From Penicillus capitatus (taxonomy: Eukaryota > Plantae > Chlorophyta), in the NCBI GenBank assembly GCA_965649825.1, contig OZ287697.1, forward strand, positions 372,001 to 436,000: a DNA stretch of 64,000 nt, read 5' to 3'. This document shows positions 24,207 through 35,379 of the stretch, piece by piece. The first letter of the stretch is position 1. The number at the start of each line of letters is the position of its first letter. The notes under the pieces are model-generated. The model did not search any database, was not told the origin of the DNA, and worked only from the letters and a program-made list of their open reading frames with translations. The position numbers and the translations under genes are program-made.

Positions 24207-25223
24207 TTAAGGACACCAATGCATGGGCTTGCATCTCGGTCCAGGCCAACAGGAAGCACAGACAGTGCTCGTAACAGGACTGCCGCCTACAACTGTCAGT
24301 CTTCGCTTGGCTCCACCCGAAACGAAATCCTGCACACACACTGCACCCGAGGGCAACCACGAGGAGCGACGCACCGTGTTGGCATCGGCTTTAACTATCT
24401 GCTTCATCAATGCCGTGTTTTCGAAATCCTCCGTGAATTGATCGATCAGTCTATCTTGCTCTTCCGATGTAAAAACTGCAGCACGTATGCGGATGACGAT
24501 TTTTGTTTCGCGATTGGATCCATACCTGCACACTGGCAATCGGGTGTGAGAGAAAGAATGGCGGCTGTGGCGAGTTTGCGAGCTTCGCCTGTACGGATAG
24601 CGGACAACGCAATCGCCTGTGTGACACACATGTACCGTGGTGGCATTGTGATGTGACAGCACTCCCTACCTTGTATGCCACAACATCCGGATCTTCGTTA
24701 CGTTGGCCACTCGGCTCGACGAGAGGAGATAATTCTTCAGGATAGGTCAATCCAGCAGCCAGACTCACAACTTGAGGACGCGCCAATACTTTTGCTGCTG
24801 CTTCCACATTGGCTTGAAAAATGTAAGTTCTCAGACTATTCTCCGTCGTCGAGAAATCGACCGGAAACGGCGGCTCCTTAGGCGCCGTCGGTTTGACTGG
24901 CGGCGGTGATGCGATAACGACGGACGGAGAGGGCGTCACGGGAGACGGCGAGACAGATGACGGTACAGAGCCCACTTTGGCCACGGTAGAGGCCTTGATT
25001 CTCTCGTTTTTGAAGTGCGCCGACGACTGCCGAGGACCTGTGGACTTGGCCGTCGCATTCAGCGTAACTCTATCACCTACATCCCACATTGCCATCAGCC
25101 ATGCCCTATCCGTTATCCACATAGCGAGCGCTCATTACCTTCAACAGACGTGGACGACTGTCCACACGCCTCCCGTGTCGAGACGAGCAAAAAGACAAGG
25201 CTCAGTAAAGTCGCCGTATGCAT
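24207..25223 (-). CDS. Secreted protein with Pro/Ser/Thr-rich linker and unknown C-terminal domain
   Basis: Signal-like MHTATLLSLVFLLVSTREACG, then a GTAATG..ATGTAG intron into ORF 24451-25122 (SPSPVTPSPSVVIASPPPVKPTAPKEPP), then a GTAGGG intron into ORF 24207-24662. 3' end uncertain. Confidence 0.55.
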
Positions 25224-25243
25224 TCTAAGATTGAGGAAACGAG

Positions 25244-26561
25244 ATGGTTGAAACCCAAATGTCTCTATTCTATTCCTTGACAAGAAGCTTCAGGCTTTTG
25301 CCACTTCTGCTATCTTCGATGACCCACACGTATCACAAGACTTCGACGGTAAACACGTTTGCTCAAATCAGCTTAGCATTCAACGATGCGTCAGTTCACC
25401 ACGTGTTCGCGGCGATACTGCTGAGCCTTGACGTGACGTGCCGAGGACGGCTGGAAGACCTTCGTAGTATGTGGCCGTTTCAAGCGTCGAAGTGTCAGCA
25501 GTTTCAGACGGGTGCTCGCTACCAGGAACTCGGCCCCACAGGCTCCGTACAGTATGTGCGTAATCGGCAGGACCTTCGACTGTGTCGTTACCTGTGGCCT
25601 GTCGCACGACCTCGTGGTATTGTCTTCTGTATCCACGGTTTCGGCGATGACACTGGCAGTCTTCTCCTCAAACGGTCCAAACCGCAACACAAGGGGAAGT
25701 ATGCCAAGTCAACGGTGGCGCTTCTGAACAAACGTGGCTATTCGGTGGCGTGCATGGACCTCCAGGGATGCGGTCGGTCCGAAGGCTACAAAAATCGCCG
25801 CGGATACTTTCGGCATTTTTCGGATCTCGTGACGGATTTTATCGATTTCGTGGACGACATCCGTGGACAGCTGCAAGGCTTCCCCGACTCTATCCCATCC
25901 TTTGTCTTTGGAGCGAGCTTGGGAGGATGCCTCGCCGTTCATGCAGTACAACACTGTCCGAATGTCTTTGCGGGCGTCGTTTTGTTGGCGCCGATGCTCT
26001 CGGTCGAAGGCATTCGACGATCTGGTCTCAATCGACTCCGCAACACATTTGCCGGCGTGCTCAATCTACTGGCCCCTGAACTGCCGCTGCCCACGGTGGC
26101 ACCTCGTGGCGATATCAAGCACGACATCCAGCCAGGATGCATGCCGCATCGACCGAGATCTAACGGATGTATTCGGGTACGTGTGGGTTATCAGTGTGTC
26201 AAAGCGATCCAATGGGCACGAGACAACGCCCATCGCATCTCCTTTCCGTATCTCATTATTCACGGTTCAGCAGATACCGTATGCGATCCACAGGTCGGTA
26301 CAGATCGCACGCCGCCGGGTGGGTCCATCTCAGGCGTGGCGTGGCCCGTAGGGATCGAAAGAATTCTATCACGCCTCGGTATCTGAGGACAAGACGTTGC
26401 ACATGGCAGACAACATGTGGCATCTGCTGACGATGGAACCCGGCCACGAGAAAGTAAACACAACGGGCAGTTTATTTTACCGGCGGCTGACGTTCTGCAT
26501 CTAGGTACTGCAGAAAGTACTGGAGTGGTGTGACCTAAGATCGACGTCGCAGGGAAAATGA
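25244..26561 (+). CDS. Alpha/beta hydrolase, monoacylglycerol lipase/lysophospholipase (Hydrolase_4) type
   Basis: IVFCIHGFG, DLQGCGRSEG, nucleophile GASLGG, HGSADTV (Asp) and MWHLLTMEP (His) after introns at ~26294 and ~26455; TGA at 26559-26561. True start probably downstream of 25244. Confidence 0.85.
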
Positions 26562-26620
26562 AGAAAGGCGCTGGGGGAAAACTGTTTAGTGCTTTTTTAG
26601 AACGCCATTGGCCTTAGGCA

Positions 26621-27729
26621 TCAGTTGTCATTCTTTTCATCCTCATCCGGAGGGTGACTGTCTTCTCTTTCAACCTTGTATTTGTTTCTCAAGGGCCTAG
26701 AAGTCCAGTTGCGACGTAACTGATCTCGAGACAGTACGTCTTACGTGCATGGGATGTAAGCGCCTTGATTGTCCCTACCCAAGAACATGGAAAACAGAAA
26801 GGGATGTTGAATTTGCTCAAAATCACGTCTTGTTAATTCCTTGACTTCTTCTAACAACTCCTGTGCCACGTAAGCGACGGGAGGTCCCTTCGTGTACGCC
26901 GGCCAGTCACGCTCATCCACCAGAACCTATGCTGGACGCGTTCTCGCTGTGATTGGACAGATGTGACGTTTACATGATAGAACGGCTGCTGCTCGCCTTG
27001 GCGAAGCGAACTGACGTCTATGCGCTCTTTCCACGGTTGCGTCTCGCAACATCCGAGATCCCAGCCACAGATGACGCCCCTGTACGCGCTCTATGACGAC
27101 GTAGTGTGCAAGGCGACGCACTGGTAGTCGAGGTTGACGTGTCGGACCAATTGACCGAGGCGAAGCTGCAGGGAATCTGGTGACGGTGCCACTGGATTCG
27201 TCGCACTGGCGACCCGTTCATTCAATTGCGCCAACTCATCACGCAAACGGGCGGCATCTTCATACCTCATCGATCACACCAGACTCACTCCTTTTTCCTT
27301 CCATGGGCGAAGGGGCACCGCTCCTCGTCGACTGCTTGACTCAAGGCATTGCGCAATTGGAGGCCTGTTGTCGTCAGATCCATAAACTCCATCGACAGTG
27401 GCGTCGCTCCAGACATTGGCCCTTTCTCCGTCTGGAATTTCTCCAGCAGGGCATCCACCTGCAGTCCATGCGGCAGTGTATGGAGATGTGACGTCCCGTA
27501 CTTCGTCCCGTTGAGCCCGGAGCTTCTGTGCGACGTCGAAAGAATCGAAGAGCATTGCCTGTTGCATACGGCTGTCATATTGCAACTGATAGAGAAACAG
27601 CGCCGTCTCTTGGAGAACGAGGTCGCTCCTGGCGTCGTCCAAGGCGCGACGACAGAGGAAACGAACGCCGCGTTGGGGACGGGTCAGTAGAGAACGCTGC
27701 AGCGAGGAAATTTGGACACGGCGCATCAT
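26621..27729 (-). CDS. CLPF: ClpF-like plastid Clp adaptor (UVR motifs + YccV-like domain)
   Basis: Spliced translation gives EERYEDAARLRDE (UVR), LRLGQLVRH..YQGVICGWD..QQPFYHVLVD..AYVAQELL (YccV) and HPFLFSMFLGRDNQGAYIP..PLRNKY. This domain order and tail match plant ClpF as I recall it. Confidence 0.8.
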
Positions 27730-27790
27730 GTTGGTGCGTTCAGACGTGACAGGCGATCACCGTTTTGCCCATCTCCTGACTTCTTTTTCG

Positions 27791-29423
27791 ATGTCCCTCT
27801 CCTGCCCCACCACCGGCGTCAAACCGAACGGCGTCTGGGCGTACCGTTCGACGGGACGTCCGAGAAATGGCGTCCGGTCGCGTTCCTACACGGCGGCGCG
27901 TTTGCGTGCTCTCCGCGTCGAAGGACTCGACCTCGTCGAGCAGAAAGATATGGTCACCAGCAGCGGCAGCGCAAAGGCCGATCCTCCCGTCATCGAACTC
28001 GCCTATGCGCACAATAAAGTACAAGACGTGGAGGAGCTGCATTCGACGGCGGAGCGACAGTTAACGGAGCTTCTCGATCTCTTTGGCAAAGCGAAACGCC
28101 GGAAGAGATCGCCTAAGTCCGCAGCAATTCGCAATACGCCCGTCAACGTGCATAAGAAACTGGAATGGGGAGAGGAAGAGAAAAAAGAGGGTGTTTTTGT
28201 CAAGACCTCACGGGAGGAGGAGGATCCAGAAGATCGCAGAAATGCTCTAACGCCGCCGCCAGATGAGAGGTACAAATATGCACATCCCGCCTTGCTTCCG
28301 ACCCTACGGCACAAATCTGGGCCGCTGCTCACGGCAGACGAAGAGAAGGAACTGGCATTCCTTGTGCAAAGGGCGCTGCAAATTGATGACCTGAAACGAT
28401 CGTTTTGCATTGTGTTCAAACGCGCCGCCACTTGGTCGGAACTGGCCATGATTTTTAAGACCGATGAGGTGAGTCTGAAGCAGGAGCATCACGTGGGACA
28501 TCAGGCAAAAATGACGATGCTTGAGCGCAACATGCGTTTGGTTTTTTCGATGGCCTTAAGATACAGGCCACGAGGAATATCTCTGTGGGATATGGTGGCG
28601 GATGGATCGGCCGGGCTCCTCCGAGCGATTGAGAAATTTGATCCGGAAAAGGGTTTTAAACTCTCGACCTATGCACACTGGTGGATCAAACAGGGCATGA
28701 AACGTGCCTTGTCAGAGCGGAAACGCCTTGTCAAGTCTGGCCTCGATGCATATGATCTGTACGGTATGCGTTGTGGACTAGGGTGCCGACAAATGTGACG
28801 GACGAATTCCGGAAAATCCTGCGAGCGAAGGAACGGCATATCGAGGAAAAACGCGAAATGCCGAGCGATGTCGAACTGGCGAAGCAGCTCGGATTGACGG
28901 AGAAACGGTTCGAAGCGATCATGAATGCGTATTGGCGTTCCGTGAGCATGGAGGCGCCTCTGTCCTTCGCGGACAGGAATTCGGGGAATCGAGGGGATAT
29001 GATCGAAGTGTGATCGATCGTTAAGTACGCGATGGGACAACACGTGATGTGACGTTTAGGATACTCAATCGGAATCGCCCGACGACTTTTTTACAAGGAA
29101 CATGTTGCGACATGATCTAGAACTGGTGCTCAGGACATTGCCTGAGAAGGAGGCCACAATTTTGAGACTGCGTTACGGATTGGAAGATGGCAACGAACGA
29201 ACACTGGAAGACATCGGCCTTCTTTTTCACGTCCCTGTCACATCACTCTTTTCAAAAGAGTGGCATCGTGTGCCTGTAGATTACGCGTGAACGTGTGCGG
29301 CAGATCGAAGTCAAGGCTCTGCGAAAACTCCGTTACCGCAGCGAATCGCTGGAAGAGTATCTGGAGCAACCGGAGCCTTTGCTCTACAGAACGCGAAGCT
29401 CTGCGACCTTAAAAACGACCTGA
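27791..29423 (+). CDS. Nuclear-encoded plastid RNA polymerase sigma-70 factor
   Basis: Region 1.2 LLTADEEKELA; region 2 RNMRLVFSMA..DMVADGSAGLLRAIEKFDPEKGFKLSTYAHWWIKQ; region 4 LPEKEATILRLRYGLEDGNERTLEDIG..ITRERVRQIEVKALRKLR; several GT-AG introns. Confidence 0.92.
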
Positions 29424-29548
29424 GCATCCTGAGTGACTTTTTTGTTGACGAGACTGTATCAACAGCTGTTTTGAATGCGGTCAACGTTCGAACAGAGTAT
29501 CGATCGCTTACACGTGCACACCTAAGCTTCTTTGCTGCGTCTTGTGCA

Positions 29549-31144
29549 TCACGCTAAATGATCCATCGGTTCATAACCAAACAGAACGAAATCTTTATTG
29601 AAGAATCTCGAAATGGTGTGCAAACACATCTGATGTGACTTGAACAGACGATAAGCATAGGACGTCTCTTCCATCAATCGCCGTCCATGCACATTCTTCT
29701 TCTTCAGATCGTTAACTAGGGGCGGCAGTTTTGGATCTCTAAACCACAAAGCCATGGAGGTGACCCGTGGATCGGTCGGCCAACCGTTAGGGATCGGCTC
29801 ACCGGCGTTTGTTAATTTCGGAAATGATTTCATCGAGATCGGCATCGAGATTCTCCACTTCGCCGATGTAATCGACAGCTGGCAAGAGGGTATCGGTGAA
29901 CATGCATGTGGACTGATCCATAAAGTGGCGATAGTGATGAGCGGTGGCGCCGCTCCAACAGCACTGGCGCACTCGGCAGAGACGGGCATGGATGTACGGT
30001 TCGCGACAGGTCTGCTCGAAACTTGGCCGTCCACATCGTTGCGGAATCATGTGTCCCACGTACTCCTAGAAAGAGCGCCCATGATCCGGCATCTCACACT
30101 TAGGTCACACTTCGGCGCTGGCAAAACGAGTATAGGGATTGCGCACGATGCCAAAAACAAAGTACTCTTTCCACCATCGCTTCAGATCTTTAACCGTCAT
30201 AGTCGAGTTCTTGAAAACGGCGTGACTGCAGAAAGTGAAATTCGCCGTGTTCGGTACTTTCCAATGATCGTCACAGAGCCATCCGAGTGGCGCTCTCATA
30301 GACGTACTACCTACCTAATACGTCACATCTCTCACTCTTTTTCAATAGAGTGTGAGATGCACGGTCTGACTTTGTGTCCCTTGATCCAAATGAATTTATA
30401 GTGGTGGTTCACGTAAACTTGACAATGCGGGAAAGGCGTCGGTGCATGGCTCACGAGATTTCCTACACCGTTACCTCACTCTTATTCCAAAAGTGTGACC
30501 ATTAGGCTAACCGACCATGCATGTAAACTTCAAGCCACTCTTCAAACGCTTTCTTTCGCGTGCCGGCGGTGTATGGGGTAAAGTACACAGGCGGGACCAG
30601 TCCTTTCTTCTTGACCAAGCCACGTACTCCAGCACCGCGAAACGCTCCCTATCTCACTCTTCTTAGATGTGTTCTCACTCTTTGCATATTACCTTTCCCT
30701 TTCGGCCATAATTATCCTCCTCCTCCTCAGGCGACGTCTTTGCCTCCGAGGCGTTCGGCGGCTGAGAGGAAGTGGACGGAATGTTCGCGGCCTCTTCGGT
30801 CGGTGACGCGAGCAGCAGCTCGACAGTGTTCGTTACCTTGACCGCACTCGCACCGTATTCCTTGGACAGCGATGCGTCTTTCTCTTCAGGCGTCGTGGCA
30901 TTTGTCGATTCTGAGCGACCAGTGGGATTCGCGTGCGCCGTCATGGCCTGTAGGACGAGTGGCTCGGCACGAAGGTCAATTCGGTGCGTCTCGGTCGTCG
31001 ACGCATTGAGCGTTGCGTTTTCGAAGGAGAACAGAACGACGGTCGTTAGCAGAAGAACCTAGATCACACCTGTCACATCAAAGCAAAGAACAGTCGTCGC
31101 TCGCGTACGAAAGAACACGAAACGATTGCCCAACGTTGCCACAT
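29549..31144 (-). CDS. Golgi-type carbohydrate sulfotransferase (Sulfotransfer_2-like)
   Basis: Type II anchor MWQRWAIVSCSF/VLLLTTVVLFSF; YVNHHYKFIWIKGHK (5'-PSB region); YFVFGIVRNPYTRFASA (3'-PB motif); DYIGEVENLDADL; FFNKDFVLFGY. Confidence 0.72.
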
Positions 31145-31306
31145 TGACCGGAAGGTTTGCAAAAGCAATGCGCCGCTCGGCACTGTCCCATCAAATCACT
31201 GGACGACGGACTGAATGTGCCGTCGAGTTACGCCTGACAGGACAGATGCCGACGGTGGGCAGCCCGTTTGATAAGACTAAGCTTCTGCAGGTCGGGCACA
31301 TGGACG

Positions 31307-33952
31307 ATGATCGCTCGCTCGGTGACACGACTCTGTGCCACAAAACAGAGCACTTCGCACAGAAGCCCCGCAATCGTCTCTTCAGTGACGTCGCGGGCAA
31401 ATGTCAGAAACCAGAAAGTTTCCCGACGGCATTTTGCCCTTGTGGCCGCCACTTCGACGCTTGTGATCGATAACTATGACAGTTACACCTATAATCTCTG
31501 CCAACTCATCGAAGAGACCCATGATCGTGTGCATACTTAAGTCAAACGCCATGTGTCACAGATTCTGTGCTTTGCCAGGGGCGCCTCTTGTCGTCTTGAA
31601 CGATGCCTGTTCAATTGAGGAGCTCGAAGAGATGGTCGTGGCCAATAGTATTCGATCCATCGTTATCTCTCCTGGCCCTGGAGGACCGTATCATCCCAGA
31701 GATATCGGTGGACGCTGTCCGATGTCACACTTGTGGGGTCAAAAGTGTGACATCTAGGAATCTGTGCGGAAGTTGTGCGTGCGTTTCCCCATCTGCCGAT
31801 TCTGGGCGTCTGTCTTGGACATCAGATCTTGGGAATGGTATATGGAGGGGAGATCTGTCGTGTGTCGCCTGTCCACGGACGGCGCTCGAGCATCCGACAT
31901 AACGGACACCCTCTGTTCCGTGCGATTCCTTCCTGTCCCGATTACCAAGTCGTCCGGTATCACTCTCTGGCAGTGGAAGGAAGCTCTTTACCGTCTTGTC
32001 TGCGGCCGATTGCCTGGACAAGTGGCGGAAGTTGTACAGTAAAGAGTGAGAAAGTGCGAGGCGCCGAGGAGCGTGTGTTGATGGGACTGGCACACAGGAG
32101 TGCACCGCATTACGGTGTTCAGTTTCATCCGGAGAGCATCGGCAGCCGTTACGGTAGGCAGCTTCTCACCAACTTCCAATCTCTCACACATTCCATCCCG
32201 TTCACACCGCGCGCCGCCACCTGCCGTATTGTCAGACGTCCAGAGAAAGAAGCTGAGAGGAAGCCAACGCTTGGCGTCGTCTGGAAGAAGATACGGGCGA
32301 ACAAGATCGACACCGATGCCCTCTTCGACCATCTCTTTGGTCAAAACGGATCGGACGATACCTTCTGGTTGGACAGGTCTGTGATGTGACGTTTCTTCTG
32401 CGATGATCATCACACATGGATGGATGGATCTTTAGTGCGGCACAAGAACGCTGTCGGTTTTCTTTCATGGGCGGACGAGAAGGCCCTTTGTGGAGACGCC
32501 TGAGCTACCGACTGGCTTCATCCTCGTCTGGCGATCTGACAGTGACCGATCGAGAGGGAGCAGAGGAGACATGGTCTGGCTCGCTGTGGGATTTCCTGAA
32601 TCAAGAGATCGATACCTACCGAGCAGCAGCTTCTGCAGAGCTTCCGTTCAATTTCTGTGGCGGGTAAGTGCCCTCGAAGGATGAAGCGTACATGGACCGA
32701 ATCCCTGCTGGCGAAGGTGGATTGGGTACTTTGGCTATGAACTTAAGGCATTGTGTGGCGGTCAGCTCGTACATCCATCCTCGACCCCCGACGCCGCCTT
32801 CTTCTTTGCGGATCGTTTTGTCGCCGTCGATCATCAACTGAATGAGATCTACTGTGTGGCTGTCTACCTTCTTAACCGTCATGATCTTTGCGACGATACC
32901 GAGAGATGGACGTCAGCAACACTGGAGCAGATCTCCTGCTTCCTGCAGCAAGAAGTGCCTCGTCCAGAGCCGTGTTGTCAAGGCGGAGGGGGACAGCATA
33001 TGAGTTTCTCCCTGCATCGTTCGCCATCTCAATACGCGGCAGATGTGCATCGTTGTCTGGAATTGCTGCACGCAGGGGAGAGCTACGAGATCTGCTTGAC
33101 AAATCGTTATCAGAAGAAAAGAGTGCGAGGCTCGGATCGAGAGCTCTATCGTCATCTCCGACGACGCAATCCTGCTCCCTACGGTGCTTGGCTGAAATTT
33201 GGCACCGGCGTCGCGTCTCTGACCATCTGCTGCTCTTCTCCGGAGCGTTTTCTCAGAGGAGAGCGCGATCGGACTCTAGAGGCGAAGCCTATTAAGGGCA
33301 CGTCTGCCAGATCGATGGATCCCCTTATCGATCGCGCATCGAAAACGGCGCTTCAGAATTCCGAAAAGGATCAAGCAGAGAACCTCATGATCGTCGATCT
33401 GCTGCGCAACGATCTGGGCCGTATCTGTGAGGTCTTCTCCGTCACTGTCCCCTCTCTCATGGAGGTCCCCATCCACACTTGCCTCGATACCATGCACGCC
33501 TTGCTCGTGCCATACAGGTGGAGTCTTTTGAGACGGTACATCAGTTGGTGAGCACCGTTCAAGGAAAGCGACGGAAAGAGGTATCGATCGTTGATGCCAT
33601 CCGGGCTGCCTTTCCCGGTGGATCCATGACCGGCGCGCCCAAGATCCGAACGATGGAGATCCTGGATCGACTCGAAGGTCTCTCCCCAACCCGCTCATTC
33701 CTTATCTCCGTGCCTTTCCTGTCAGGTGCTCCGCGTGGTGTCTACTCTGGCAGTCTTGGTTATCTCAGTGTCAACGACACCTTTGATCTGAACATCGTTA
33801 TTCGTTCCGTCGTCCTAACGCACGACGACATCACGATCGGCGCTGGCGGCGCCATCGTACTGCAGTCCGATGCGGCAGATGAGTTCAGTGAGATGCAGCT
33901 CAAAGCGCGTGCCCTCATGGAAGCGATCGACTGCTGGGAAGAGCATTTCTAA
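31307..33952 (+). CDS. ADCS: Aminodeoxychorismate synthase, fused PabA-PabB, plastid type
   Basis: LVIDNYDSYTYNL, VISPGPGGP, ILGVCLGHQ and GVQFHPES (GATase); GESYEICLT, CSSPERFL, KPIKGT, EKDQAENLMIVDLLRNDLGR, FPGGSMTGAPKIRTMEIL and GAGGAIV (chorismate-binding domain). Confidence 0.93.
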
Positions 33953-34066
33953 GATGACACGCGTGAACGGAATCTAGTACAATCGTCGGATTATTTCTTT
34001 ACAGGCACGTCACATTATTTTGCTGATGGCGCATGGTCATGCGCTCAGTATTCCTTTCACCCCGTT

Positions 34067-35167
34067 TCAGACATTATTGTTGGCAAAGATGCATCTTGCC
34101 TGGTCGTAGATACCATACATAACTTCAAAGCAGTGATCGATGTGCAAAATCAGAGACTTTGTGATAAAGGCGCCTTTACCGGTGGTCGTGACCCAGGATC
34201 CCACCAGATCGCCTTTGGAGAAATCCATGACCACAGAATTCGAGTTATAGAAGATAAAAAACCAATAGATGGCAAAAAAGCCGCCACAGAAGAGAGCGAT
34301 GCCCAACAGGGCATAGATGTATATAACGGCACCCAAACCAAAAAAGATGATGCTGATGAAGAGGGCCCCAATGCCGCCCCACAAAAATCTGAAATTCGTC
34401 ACGCGTTGCACAGTGATGTGTCTCAAGTTCTCGTACAGAAAAGAAGCTTCGACGGTGAAGAGGTTCATTCCACAAAGCTTGCTGCGTTGTTTGATAACGA
34501 TACGTCGATGTGTGAGCATGATGTATGAGACGAGGTGATAGATCTGGAAGACATCGGCCAGCGATCCGGCGCAACGCAGCAGGACTTGCTCATTGTCCAA
34601 CGGCTTCAGACTACCGGCCGCCATCCAGGGGTCATTGGGATCTGTTGTGCTTGTCTGGGTGCGCGTCATCATGGCATTATCGACGAGAAATCCTTGCACC
34701 AGGCCCGGGGGGTCATGACCCGTTGTTGGCCTCGGGGCATTGTCCGCCTGTGAAGATGCTGTTGGTGAGGAGGAAGGGGGAGCTAGCGTTACAGGTGGCG
34801 GTGGATGATAGGTCGTTGGCGCTGCGTGTGGTGCGACTTGGCCAGCGACAGGAGAGGAGTCTGGCACTTGCGTCGACGGAGGTGGCGGTTGTGGTGGTCG
34901 GTGCCATGCTTCGGTGGGCTGTGACAAATAACGCGCCCGTTCCTCTAGAGACGCCCCCGATATTTTGTGCGCTTTCCCGCCGCCTCCGCCGCCTCCGCCT
35001 TGTCGTTGGTGGAGGTCCACGTCGAGTTCGAAATTGAAGCTGCTGGAAGTGGTGGTCCTTGCTTCCTGAGTCATCGGGGCTTCGTGCGGCAACGAGACAT
35101 TTTCGTTTGAGACGGGGACGCCATTCTCCGGGTCGAAACTATATGTCCCGCTTCCGTGTTCAGACAT
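34067..35167 (-). CDS. Membrane-hairpin PH/GRAM-like family member P1 (long Pro/Ser-rich N-terminus)
   Basis: LTHRRIV..EASFLYENLRHITV, two hydrophobic helices, VVMDFSK..SW..GAFITKSL; same motif order as P2-P8. Confidence 0.75.
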   Translation of the reverse strand: MSEHGSGTYSFDPENGVPVSNENVSLPHEAPMTQEARTTTSSSFNFELDVDLHQRQGGGGGGGGKAHKISGASLEERARYLSQPTEAWHRPPQPPPPSTQVPDSSPVAGQVAPHAAPTTYHPPPPVTLAPPSSSPTASSQADNAPRPTTGHDPPGLVQGFLVDNAMMTRTQTSTTDPNDPWMAAGSLKPLDNEQVLLRCAGSLADVFQIYHLVSYIMLTHRRIVIKQRSKLCGMNLFTVEASFLYENLRHITVQRVTNFRFLWGGIGALFISIIFFGLGAVIYIYALLGIALFCGGFFAIYWFFIFYNSNSVVMDFSKGDLVGSWVTTTGKGAFITKSLILHIDHCFEVMYGIYDQARCIFANNNV

Positions 35168-35379
35168 GAGAAAAAGGCGTTCAGTGAATGCGACAGGAAG
35201 GAAAAGTCACGGGAAGGCGTTGCTGAAGAGACGACGGTACCGGCGTCGCGTCAAAGGCGGTTTGAAAAATACACCGTCGCTTCGCTGTCGTTGCGATCAT
35301 CATTGCTCTCACCACGATCAAGACGACGCAAAAAAGAGTGAGATGTCATTTCAAACGCAGCCCAAAGTGTGAGAAATTT

